Source: Pseudovirgaria hyperparasitica
Lineage: Eukaryota
NCBI GenBank assembly: GCA_010093815.1
Contig: ML996578.1
Length of the DNA stretch: 64,000 nt
Reading direction: 5' to 3' (one strand)
Position 1 is the first letter of the stretch. Each line of letters begins with the position of its first letter. Of this stretch, positions 1 through 11,900 are shown piece by piece. Position numbers and translations under genes: made by a program. The notes under the pieces are model-generated. The model did not search any database, was not told where the DNA came from, and saw nothing but the letters and a program-made list of their open reading frames with translations.

Positions 1-252
1 GAGGAGAAAGCTGGTCCTGTGAGAATTCTTTACCATGGGACATCAATTTCCGTGTCTCTACGGCGTTCTGAATGACTAAAGCAAGTCGTGATGCATGTCT
101 CGAACGTATGCAGGGCCAAATTCAGACCCTTATGCGGCTTGAAAATGTGAGACAAGCAGCATATCTCCAATCTCAACATTGTATCTAAGTTGATATTCTA
201 TATGGGTATCGAGACTCTATGTGGGATCCCTGTATCCAAATGCTTTACTTCG

Positions 253-1341
253 TTAGTCGAGGTCATCGTCATTCGTGTTGAAATTCGAGTCCGCAGCCGT
301 GTCAGTGGTGTTGACGTCTGCCTTCTCGGACTCGCCAAGCTCATCTATCGGAAGGAGAGAAAGAATGATGACGAAGAGGGGCTTGTCTGCTGTCCGATCC
401 TTGAGGACATATCTGAGTGTGTGCGTTCTGATTAGCGGGTTAGACGGGTTGTGGCAAGGAAAATGCAGAGCCCGACTGGGGTGTAAAAGCAAGAACAAGA
501 GCAAGCGAGGGTGGGAGAAAGACGCACCTCAGCGGCTGGCCATCCCAATGTTTAACTATTGAGAGTGTGATTACCGGGAGCTTCAGCGAGAAATCTGAAG
601 AAATCTGTTAGCACGCGCCATTGTTGACCATGGGAGACCTTGTCCCTTACCGTTGAAGTCTAGGTAGGGGTTGAAGAAATCGCAGGCATAACTCCGGCCC
701 TCTTCGAATTTGAAATCTTTTCTTGTGTCTTCTCCCAAAAAGTGCTTCATCCGTGCAGCACTCTGCTCTGGGATACCCTGCTCCTCTCTTACGGTCGCGC
801 CATCGCCTTCCGCTCCCTCCTCGAAGACGACTACGTCACCGTCCACCTTATCGCCACTCTTCTCTGCCATCTTATCCACATCTTTTGAACCCTTCTCTCC
901 TATCCTCAGCACATTAATACTGCTCAAAAGAGGCCCATACAAATGCGGCTCATCCGCATACGGATCACCATACAGCCCAGGGTCAACCCACTTCTTCACA
1001 AAGTTGAACGCCGTCCCAAAGCCCCATGGTAGCCTGTCTCTGATCGGATGGTCAAAGTCATTGCCGAACACAATCTCGTCGCCCGTGTATGTCTTCTTGG
1101 GTGTGAAGGTGAAGGATATCGAGTATAAGTCGGACTTGTGAGTCTCGTGCGAGAAGTAGGGTGAAGTGGATGGCGAGCCTTTGGGTAGACCACGGTAGTT
1201 TTGTATCCGCACGTTTAATTGTGCAGTCAGATTCTCGGTGTCAATCTTCACGGGCTCAGGTGCATTCACAGCGACGTCGTGTTGCGTGGATTCGTCGTAG
1301 GTGGGGCCGGCCGTGACCTTGAGAATGTACTTTTCGGCCAT
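253..1341 (-). CDS. DUF1769 (UPF0590-like) domain protein, 3 exons
   Basis: ORF 583..1341 has Y(I)LKVTAGP, VRIQNYRGLP, FGNDFDHPIRDRLP and DFFNPYLDFN motifs. Introns at ~650..595 and ~526..413 join FNDFSLKLP..HWDGQPLRYVLKDR, with stop at 253. Confidence 0.8.
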
Positions 1342-1673
1342 GCTGGAAGAGTCCGTGAGAGTTTCTAGGAGGACACGTCCGGGTGAGCGATCGCGTCACT
1401 ATTGTAAAACGTTCTGGTTAGGAGCTGTTGATTGCTCGCGAGCTGAGCAGATTGTGGAGGTATTTACGCACACGAGGAGACGTCGGACGTCATACCTTGT
1501 GGCGTATCAAAAAATCACATGTGAAGAAGTTTTGATCCTGATATGTTTATTTGGTCACGACTCTACCCCTAAACCAGATCCGGGCGGGAACTTTGTGAAT
1601 TCAATGTCGAAAAAGGTCATCATCAAGATCACCAAATAGATGTATCTGTCGATACGGTCGGTATGTCGCCTGT

Positions 1674-2936
1674 ATGTCTTCATCTAATTCGTGGAGATGG
1701 CGATCGCCGAGACGCCACCGTGGTAGAATCCTTCTTTTTCTCGTCGCCTGTATCTTGATTTCGCTATACAAACTTCAAGATTCTGCTCCATCCAGCATTA
1801 TCAACATCGGCACCCCTGCAATCGGATCGGGTTCACAGCCACTCAATCAGACGGCCCTGGATATTGCGCCCGCTTATGTCTCAGCTATCATGGAACCAAG
1901 ACTATCCAATCTCTTCTCTATGCTAGAATGTCCCGAACCCGACAAAGATCGCTACACATACCTCTACACATCGTCAGAACACAAGTTTTTCTTCGCTCTC
2001 AACCTTCGTAACAGCATCTCTATCTTACCCAGACTGCTCAGTTCCATCATTGAAGCAGTCGAATTTCTTGGGCCGCACAAATGTGTTCTCTCCATTGTCG
2101 AGGGCCACTCTCACGACGGTACTTACGAAATCCTCCACGCTCTCCGGAAATCCCTTTCTCATCTCGGCCTCGAATACCACCTCGTCCGTAGCTCCATCGA
2201 CTCACACACTGGCGACCGCATCGCCCAGCTCGCTGCACTACGCAACCTCGCGCTCACTCCTCTATTAGAGAGGCCCGGCACGCTTGATAGCACCACCGTC
2301 CTCTTCCTTAACGACATCGCCTTCTGCGCCGAAGACATCCTCGAGCTCACCCACCAACTCATCTACCAACACGCAAGCATGACCTGCGGCATGGACTGGA
2401 CCTTCGTCGGACCCACGCCAACCTTCTACGACGTCTGGATCGCACGTGACATGCGCGGCGAGACCTTCTTCCATATCCCCCTTGACGGCAGCTGGGAGTA
2501 CGCCAACGAGCTCTTCCCGGCCAATGCACGGGCACGCGAGGATCTGGAGTCTGGCACGCCGTTTCAGGTGTTTAGCTGCTGGAACGGCGGAGTCGCGATT
2601 CGCGGAGATGTGTTGCGGCGTGTGCGATTTCGAGGCCCGTCGCCGGGAGAGTGTGTGCAGGGCGAGCCGACGTTGTTCGCGAAGGATCTGTGGGCTGCGG
2701 GACTGGGAAGGATTGCGGTGGTGCCGAGTGTGAATGTGGAGTATAGCGATTACTGGGCGCGTAAGGTGAAGGGGTCCAAGGGGTTTGTGAGTCGATGGTT
2801 GATGGTTGACGAGGGAGAGAGGATCGTGTGGGATGACCAACCTCCGGAAAAGGTGAGGTGTTGTCCTGGGTATGAAAATCAGGTTATGCTGCCGTGGAAT
2901 GATGGGCTGGGTGAGAATGGAGCCTTGCTGGGTTAA
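1674..2936 (+). CDS. CAP59/CMT1-family alpha-1,3-mannosyltransferase (GT69), type II membrane protein
   Basis: 420 aa. N-terminal TM anchor; motifs FFALNL, SIVEGHSHDGT, RIAQLAALRNLAL, VLFLND, FYDVWIARD, PFQVFSCWNG, GEPTLFAKDLW. Confidence 0.88.
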   Translation: MSSSNSWRWRSPRRHRGRILLFLVACILISLYKLQDSAPSSIINIGTPAIGSGSQPLNQTALDIAPAYVSAIMEPRLSNLFSMLECPEPDKDRYTYLYTSSEHKFFFALNLRNSISILPRLLSSIIEAVEFLGPHKCVLSIVEGHSHDGTYEILHALRKSLSHLGLEYHLVRSSIDSHTGDRIAQLAALRNLALTPLLERPGTLDSTTVLFLNDIAFCAEDILELTHQLIYQHASMTCGMDWTFVGPTPTFYDVWIARDMRGETFFHIPLDGSWEYANELFPANARAREDLESGTPFQVFSCWNGGVAIRGDVLRRVRFRGPSPGECVQGEPTLFAKDLWAAGLGRIAVVPSVNVEYSDYWARKVKGSKGFVSRWLMVDEGERIVWDDQPPEKVRCCPGYENQVMLPWNDGLGENGALLG

Positions 2937-3397
2937 TGTACCTATTTGTGTAATATATAACTCGATAGATCCTGTAGACTGGCTGATGGAAAGCCGAAAA
3001 CTAGATGCTCTGTGACCTGGCAACGACCCATTCTCGCAATTTATAGTGAATTTTAAGTATGTAGCTGGCGGGACAAACAGTTTAACCACTGATACGTGCC
3101 TAGTCATGTGGAATTTGATAATTGTTCAATTATATCATCATCATGTCTCTACCAGATATACTAGATGCTCAACCCGGGATATTATGAAATACCAGCACAA
3201 AGCAAGTTGTATTGTGCCATACATCGTTCAAAACTTGGTCACTCACTGCGAAGTATCAACCATACATCACACACACACGAGGAGAAAAGTAGGAATTTCA
3301 GATTATCATATGTTTTCCTAGTACCGCGATGGATCTGGACTTGGTGATATGATACTAGCCACTCGGGATTATCGACCATGATAGTACATGACAGCCC

Positions 3398-4099
3398 CTA
3401 CTCCGCCCACCGTAACTCCATGTCATCAGCCTCCGCAGAGGTCATTCCTTCGATGTGGAGATCACACCCTCCCATGCCCCTCTTCCCCCTTTCGAGAACA
3501 TGACCGAGCATCATGCTGACCACTGTCCGCACCGCACGAGTCAGCCCATCCCTCCAAAAGCAGCTCTGGACATTGATGGTGATGCTGCGGAGACTGATCA
3601 GATTCCGCAGAGCGCCAAATTTGCTACTCCAAGCCGAGTTCAGGAACCGGCTACCTTGGATCTGATCAGCCTCATATAGTTCGTCTGGCTCCTGGTAGCT
3701 GATCAAACCCGTAATCGGGTCAAGGGTTAGCACCATATGGTCGGGGTTGAGGGTGAGGGCTGGCTCGGTGTGCGGGCTGTCGGCATTGCTGAAGAAGATC
3801 TCAACAGCGCGAACCGTCGATTTGAAGAGCGGAGAAAGAGGGCATGGTAGTGTTGGCAAGGTGAAGCTGTTGTGGGTGTAGAAGACTCGCAGGGTTTCGT
3901 CCCGGACTACGCTGTTGATCATCGTGAGATTGAGGTTAACGTTATATCGAGTGCCATCATTGGTGGAACCAGGGCGGCCAAGTGGGTTGTGGGCACGAAG
4001 TATCTTGACTGGATACGAGGGGACAAGTGCGTGGAAGTAGATCTCGTCGCGTAACTCACGTGGCAGCGCCATCAGGCCGACATGAGCTTGCTCTGGAAC
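3398..4099 (-). CDS. F-box-like hypothetical protein (main exon; upstream exons probably up to ~4482)
   Basis: LMALPRELRDEIY F-box-like motif and later ETLRVFYTHNSF. A splice acceptor (attgac...tgcaatag) lies just above 4099, so the 5' end is uncertain. Confidence 0.55.
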   Translation of the reverse strand, partial: VPEQAHVGLMALPRELRDEIYFHALVPSYPVKILRAHNPLGRPGSTNDGTRYNVNLNLTMINSVVRDETLRVFYTHNSFTLPTLPCPLSPLFKSTVRAVEIFFSNADSPHTEPALTLNPDHMVLTLDPITGLISYQEPDELYEADQIQGSRFLNSAWSSKFGALRNLISLRSITINVQSCFWRDGLTRAVRTVVSMMLGHVLERGKRGMGGCDLHIEGMTSAEADDMELRWAE

Positions 4100-4959
4100 C
4101 TATTGCAGAATTGGTGTCAATATATGAGTACATATGGATCAGCGGTGAACGATACGATTGAACTGGCAATGAGCCCTGGTTGGTGTAAGCGCGCAGTCTG
4201 GTAGTGCGGCATGTGGTGTACTGTCTGGGTGTTGTCATCGCTATCTTTTCCAGAAGGTCTCTGTTTAACGAGTCAGTGTCTACATCAACTAGCAGGTGCA
4301 CAATTTACCATCGGGTTTCCTCGCCGCATCGTTGAGATAATGCTGATTTTGACTGCCCCTGTCGCGGTTTCAGTGCGCACCAGCCTACCGGGAAAGTCCG
4401 CTGGTACATGGACTGAAGAAGACAGTATATAGGTAGCCACTTGCATTGCCGCCTCTAGGCTACTTGGGAAGGCTGTAGTCATTGTGGGACTTGTTCGTCT
4501 TGCGATGAGCTTAACAGTGAAGTAAGTACCAGGATTGTGATCGTTGGGGTGAGATTCCAAAGTAATCCAGAATGAGGGAGTAGGGAGAGAACTGTCCAAA
4601 AGTATCTTAATGTTTAATATGGGAAAGCAGGGTCGGAGCTACCCCCGGATGAACTCTTAACTAGTCTCGCAAAGAGACAGGAACATTTCACTTGGACATT
4701 GTAATTGAGAAGGTGAATGTAGGAAGCGTAGGGATAAGACTGCGTGAATATACGCATGGGCGATAGTTCGATCGCGCCCGTATATGATTCTCACGCCCGG
4801 ACTTCTATAATCGTGAAGACGAAATCTTACCAATATACTTACACATCAGTCACGTCGACTGTGAATTTACAGGGTATTCCTTTATTCTCATGCATGCGTC
4901 TACACCTGTCAGGCGGAATTTCAACTCATTTAGATCAATCAGCTGCTTCTCAAGGCCTC

Positions 4960-7900
4960 TCAACCGCTCATATACGCCACAAGCGTCTCACGTGCTTGTT
5001 CTGATAGTCGTTCCTGAACACATTTGCTGATGCGTCCACCATGCCGAGCGTCCGCATCTTTCAGCGTAATTCCAACCCATGACTTAATGTCTGAAATTTC
5101 AGGATACGGATCGACAGGGGGTCTGCGACATGTACTCAGAGGGGTAAAGCCGACTCCGAATCCAACGTCGTCTGTATCTTGGTCAGGAATCATATCGTCG
5201 GCCTTTGGTGGAACCGGTGGATTGATGAGCAATTTGAGAAGTGCTTCGCATGTCAATGCCCAGCCCTTGGGATATCTGGTTGCGTTAGCATTTAGGGATC
5301 AGTCGATGCTGACTGCGTTTCCTTACCTGGTAATGAATGCCTCTGAGTTTGCCAGGATTTTGGTGAATGACACGACGGCAGTCTTCCGGTCGTACGGACG
5401 AGACAGCTTCTGAGTGTCTGGAAGGATGATGGAGAGATACAATTGTTTGAAGACACTACGAAGGTTATTGATAATTCTTCTGTGGCGAATAGTATAGACT
5501 TACTCGTGCTGTATCTTGTCTGTCAATTGGATAAAGAAGTCGGTACCCAGACCTCGATCATCCTTGGCAGAGATGAAGTGGAAGAATCGTATAAAGCGCT
5601 GTGTTAAAGATTCCGTCTTCGAACCCGACAGTCTCTGTAGCATGAGTTGCACAATCGAGACCAAATAGTTCTCCAATGCAGCTGACGGGAATGTTCCAAG
5701 AACACATTCGATGAGCTCAAACGCCTGCGAATCAGTGGCTTTCTTGGAGATAAGGCTCTGGTATATGACCAGGATCGGTTCGAGCTGATTGTTCTTCAGA
5801 ATGTCGTCTGCAGCTCGCGGTATCATGGCTGTCAATAGTCGAACCAAAGCGGGAGCATTGCCTTTGGATTCCCAGAAGTTCGGCATTAAGATCGGCTCCA
5901 AGAGGCTCCTGTAGAAGTCTGAAAGTGGGCGGGTAGGATTGGCCTCAAGAAGAGCGGCAAATATCTGAATGACGTAAGGCACGAACTCCTGGACATCAGT
6001 TTGGATGATGGCTGCGAATGGCTCATATATAGCATTCTCAAGCACATCGGGTTGCGAGGGTGCTGCGAACCGGATCAAAGCCCCAATAGCTTCGAAGTGA
6101 AAGTAGTAGAACCGCGGGTTACTGGGGTTATGCCTGATGACTTTGGTGATATTGACGAAATTCCGCACGACCATGTCGCAGATTGGGAGCACGCCGTCCT
6201 TAATGGATATCAGCACTCTCATAACACATCTCATCAAGAACTCATTCTCTTGAAGTTTCTCTGGTGCGGAATCCTTCTGAATAAGTGTAAAGAGGTGCTG
6301 TAGAAGGTCCTTGGCTAGTGGTGTGATATCAGATCTCGCTATGACGGGCTGCATGTCTTCTGCAGCAAGATGGAGCACTCGTTCCACCGCGATTGCGGCA
6401 TATGTGTAGACGACATAATTGGAAGAGCCCAAGTGCTTGACCAGTAGGGGAAAGGCTTGTTGCCAATTTTCTCGCGAGATCTGGCTTCGGAATGTATAAA
6501 CGAACTTGATAGCATCCACAGTCAAGATTGGGTGGGTGTCATCGGACGTCAAGTCCTCTGCAATGTTAGTGGAGAAGAATTGGAGTACATTTACGTTGCT
6601 AAATAGAGTTAGACTAGATTCCTTGAACGCATACGAAACAGTGGACTTACGTGTTGACAGATTTGACACCTTCGGCCGCAGTGATCTGACCCTTTGCTGC
6701 TATAGACGAGAACAGGTAGATTGCAGTGTCTTTCGACTTCCAATTGCTCTTGGGGCTCGAGGAGAAATCGGACAGATAATGATTGATATACTTCGTCACG
6801 ACCTGAGTTACGAGAAGTTCGAACTGCTCCATAAGCTGTCGAAGGAAATCTGTAGCCGCACGTCTGCGTGTGTCGTTATCCGATCCCTCCAGATCTCGTC
6901 GAATGAACTCGATTGGCTCGTCTTCGAAAAGCTCAATATCTGATTCGCGCAGCGATAAATTGGGCAAGATGACTTTTTCGACAACTTCACCAAGTGTGCC
7001 CTCACTGTTGAAAGCCTCGGCGTGAGACTTGATCCGTGTGATGGACGTCAGGAATTGCAATGCTTTGCTGACCAGTATGTCATATTTCGTCTCCGTGCCC
7101 ACATTCGTCAGAAGATGCCATGAGCTTTGGACAAACTGCCCGAGATATGTATGGAAGTCTTCCTCGAACTTTAGGACATATAGCGTAAGGACCTCGAATA
7201 TGCCTGACTTGACGAACTCCAGAATGCCTGATTCGGCCTCGTCGTCGGTGTGGAGAATAGGATTGTCGTACGTGAGGTACTTATGGAGCAGTCCTACAAT
7301 GGCAGGAAGATTCTCTTCGAAAGCAGGAGGTAGATCTTGACACGAGAGGTCGAACAGAAGCTTCATTTGCAAATTCAATGTGGTGAAGAGTTGTTGAAGG
7401 ACGTCTTTGTTGCTTTGATTCTCAGTGATCAATCTGTCGGTATTCTACATAAGTCAGTCATTGGGTAAGACCAAATGAAAGGATCGTATTACCGCTAATA
7501 GTGTAAGGAAAGGTGTCGCGAATTTTCCGAGTACGTGATTAATCTCTGTGAATAGTCCATCCGAAACAAAGAGCGGTCGCCAGCGTTTGAAGATGGAATG
7601 CCCGACTTGAAGCACACCATTGTTGACTATGGTGTTGTCCGGGGTGAGGCGCGACACAAGATCCTCCTTCTCGTCAGTCATGTTATCGCAAGCTTGTGTT
7701 CTCACATACGTCTACAAGGGTATCCCATCGTTCCCAGAAGTCGCTATCTGCGATGACACTAATTGCCTCTCCAAGCTGCGTTTGCATTGCTGATGGCACA
7801 GATACCATCAACCCAATGAGCTCTCTCTTGATTGCGACAACTTCATCTTCAGGAAGTTTATAGTTTCCGTCTACATCCTGTGCCCACTTCTGTCAGCGAA

Positions 7901-8294
7901 TCTGTATGCTTTTTGTTTATTATACAAGGTTACTACGGACCGTCCAGTTGCGCTTCACAAAGTTTTTGAAGTATAACGAGCTTGCCAGGCGGCTCTGGAG
8001 AGGAAAGGAGTCAGATGCTACGATCTGAAGAAGAGCCAGCGAGAATGCCGGCTCGCTTTCTTTTTGCTTGATCGAAGCTTCGGCTACACCAGTGGTCAGT
8101 CGGGATTCAACTCGTGCTCTCTGGATTAGCAGAGTCTACATAGGACGCAGGAGTACCAAGCGTCAGCTTGATTGGGCCGATATAGGCAAAGCTTTATGGC
8201 ACATGTAAACAAATATTGGTGGGGTTGTACCTTGCTTGTGCTGCTTCGGATCCAAGCTGAGCTGGAGAAGCTGGGCGATAGGTTGAGGATCCAT
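4960..8294 (-). CDS. CSE1: Importin-alpha re-exporter Cse1/CAS (exportin-2), multi-exon
   Basis: Starts MDPQPIAQLLQLSLDPKQHKQ at 8294. Exon peptides include YFKNFVKRNW, LFEDEPIEFIRRDLEGSDNDTRRRAATDFL, ENEFLMRCVMR and NPSNPRFYYFHFE. Canonical introns explain the ORF breaks. Confidence 0.93.
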
Positions 8295-8932
8295 ATCGTC
8301 GAACTGGAATCAGTATATGAGGAAGAGGGAGGGAAGAAAGGAAGGGTGGAAGTGTACTTTGGGGCGCCTCGTAGAGTGAAGCTTGATGTAAAAAGTGGGT
8401 GAGTAGTGGTTCAGATGGCCTTAGCGCAACCAGTGGTCGCAACCTTCTGGGGTTGAAGTTGAACTCTTGGCGGACCCTCCTTGACAGCTCTCCTTCAACA
8501 GCCTGACCACAATCCCTGCAAACAAGGTGAAACCACTGATCGACCATCCACGCCAGCCTGTGCTGCGCTTTGTTGCGCCTGACCGTCGCCGCTTGATAGA
8601 GCTCGTTTTCAGGCCTGCCCAACGGTGCCCACCCGGTCGATATATAGCTGTCTCTGCCCGGGCCTTCATCCATCGCAAGCGTCTCCGCCGCACCTCCGCA
8701 GCACCTCCGCAAGGTATATACGTCCCAAGGCTTCATCCTCATGCCATTGCGTTCAGTCTTGAATGTGTCCGCTTCCTGTTCAGCTTCCGAAGTACTGGAG
8801 CTGTGTGGAGAATAAACCGCGCTTGCCATAGCCGTATATTTCGTGAGTCGAACTTGTGCGCTGTGACTATAAGACTGACAAATTATTCTAAAGCCTCTGA
8901 TCGCTCCCCTTGCATTTAATACAGTAAGACTT

Positions 8933-11900
8933 ATGTCTTCTGGTCCAAATGACGTCCCATCAGAACCAAATCGGAGATCACCCTCATCCGCTCTCTTCAG
9001 CGCCTTCAGGACGTTAACCGGAAGGCGTCCCGGAAACACGCCTTCACCATCTCCCATCACCTCCAGCTTAATCACTCCAACTGCCCTCACACAGTCTGAA
9101 ACTGTCACGTCATCGCTCGAAGCGAAAGCTGAGCCTTCAAGGAACGGAGAAATTGGTACATTTGATAACGGAATAGACAGCATAGCACAGCAGCATGGAA
9201 AGGTACTCGTAAGGAATTCGGTGCAAGCCAATGAGATTATTGGGGGTCCGCCAGAGCTGCCACCACTACTTGAAGAGCTTGGATCTGGGCGACCATTGCC
9301 TGAACGACTGGCCGCAGTAGACAAGGTCTGCGGAATACTAGCCAAATACCCGGTTAGCAATGTCCTCCTCGTTTGGACAACCGCGAGCGATCTCCTGGAT
9401 CTCGGAGGTAACCCGGAAGCAATACGTGCTGGATACACATTACTGCAAAGCTGCGTGAAGGTCTCCGAGCTTTCACCGCTAGAACGAAGTATATTTTTCA
9501 AGGCCATAGCGCGAAACCGTACCAAGTCCGACTTCGACCTGCGGATTCAGTCGCTAGTCGATCTTACGCATGGAGGACGCAATGTAGAATCATTCGAGGG
9601 ATCTGTGGCACAATTTCTCGGTACCTCCTTGACAGACTGCTTTGCCCGAGACAAAGACACGCGAAGAGAGAATCGGAAAAGGAAGGATGGTCCGCTGACG
9701 AACGCCGATAATCGGCCGGACGATGAGCTTGACCGAATGTTTCAGTTTGTCATTGACGTGGTCAGGTTCAATTCGAAGATATTCCGCGAACAGGACATAG
9801 CACTCCTGCTCCACCAAATTGTTAAGATCTGTCGTAAGACTGCTCGCTCTCAGGACGTCGAGAAATCTGTGACGCTGTTCGACATGCTCGTAACCTACAC
9901 CCAGATCCCCGCGGAATCGCTGAGGCCTTGCTTGGAGTTGTTCTGCGATGTTTATCGTCAGTTGAAAGACGTGCAAGATCTAACTTGGAGGGCTTTGAGC
10001 AACTTACTGAAATCACACGCTGGTCCTTCGGCCGTCACGGCACTTCTTCAAATTCTTCGAGACATTAGAATTGCACAGGGTGCACAGAAGAACGTCTCTA
10101 GGGGTGCCATAAGAGTTGTGCAACGCCTACTGATAGCTGATGGGTCCGATGGGTTGCCAAAGCTCTACCTCAGCGATGTTTTTCCCGCCCTCAAGGCATC
10201 ACTCATTGTGGAACATCGCAGACTAGAGTCTGACATCCTGGAACTAGTTTCATTCATACTGACTGATCAATTTCTGACATCGCAATTGTTGAAGGAAGAT
10301 GATTGGAGTGACCTGGTTGAAGTGCTCATACTATGCTCCCGGGGACTTTCTTCCCCTTACCCCTCGGAACCTCTTTCTACCTCAGAACGGACTCCCAGTG
10401 AGCCTGATATGCTTGGAGAGTCTCTGATGCGTACATTTGTGCATCTCCAGCGCCTTCACCTGCGCGCAGATTTCGTGCAACGGGAATACATATTCAAACT
10501 CTTCATGAGATCCGCTCATTTACTTGACCACACTTCTATGGAGTTTTTGGTTCGTCAGCATGCCGAAGAAAGGCTTCTACACCCCTCTAATGCGCAATGG
10601 GAGAACGCAAGCAGAGACCTTTTGGAGAGAGTCTTCACAGATATGACGAGACAGCGTCGTCTTCGCATCCAGGTCCTGGAATTACTCATCGATAGCTACG
10701 AAACGATCGAGGGAGTCTATGCTGATGGGACCGTTTTAGAGTACGCAAAATTGATCCTTGACAACATATCTTCCGAGAGAGATCTCGTAGTGCTCGAGGT
10801 CTTGGCAAATTTCGCTGTCTCTGTGGCCGAAAATTCAGATATAGGCTTGTTCAGATATATCCTTGAACAGTTTCGAAAGGTTCTTGACGACCATAGCGCA
10901 CCATTGACAAACGTGTCTTCGAGCACTAGCTGGAGTTCCGGGACGACGATGCAGGCGCCAGATACCACACATATGGGGTCCCTATCGAACACAGTGACGA
11001 AGGCCCTCGTAAGAATATTTATAAGAACGCTGAATACGTCTGGAGAGAAGACTCAAGATCTTTACGACTTGCTATTGTATATAGCCGGCTCAACCGCTTG
11101 TCAGACTGACGCTCGAGTCAGTGCTCTCAAACTTTTGTTTCGTCTTCGAAGCGATGCGCGGCATGCGATACTGATCAGTCCATCATCAGAAGGACAAGAT
11201 ATCGCTTTTGTACTTTGCCGAACAGCAGAGACAGCAGTGGTTAGAGAGGATGACTCTAGCAATAACAGAGCAGTAGAAGAGTCGCCCATGGGCTTATACA
11301 GAGCTGCAGGATCTCCAAGTCCGCATTCATCGCTTACTAGACAAACATCGCGGCCGAATAACGTCGCAAGCCGTGTAGCGAAACCCATTGCTCCTCTTTG
11401 GATGTATCCCGGTCCAAGGGGTCTGCCTGATGAACCCCGTTCATCTGCAAGCCACCTAGTCTTTGCATATATTGACCCAGAGTCAAAGGTTGCTCGAGAC
11501 GCCAGACGGACTCTCAAGCTCGCACTCTGGCTTGAGCTTCTCATATCCATCATACAACGTGATGATGATTGGGAGATATATAGCTACGTCCTGGTTCATT
11601 TTGGCCCACAGTTGACCAATCGAGCATTGTTCAAGGGCTGTGTTCCCCAGATAAAGATGGTCAGGAATGTACTCTGTGAGCAGTTGCGCGCTACAAGTTT
11701 CCAAGAGCCCCCGGGCTACACATCACTGAAGAAGGCTGACGTGGCTGTGTGCCTGTTCTACACGCTGACAGTGCTTATCAGCTATCATCAATTCTTTGAA
11801 AAAAGTGAAGAAGATGAGCTGGTCCGGACGTTCCTCTTCGGAATTGGCTCATGGGATCGGACGTCAAAATGGTGTATTCATGCCATTACCATATGTTGCC

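Noticed and set aside
5400..8200. Apparent frameshifts in CSE1 (also in the SNF2 gene, UTP4 and KHA1)
   Set aside because: The breaks checked coincide with canonical GT-AG introns, so these are not pseudogenes.
8194..9525. 443-aa minus-strand ORF
   Set aside because: It overlaps TSC2 antisense and the CSE1/TSC2 divergent promoter, and shows no recognisable motif.
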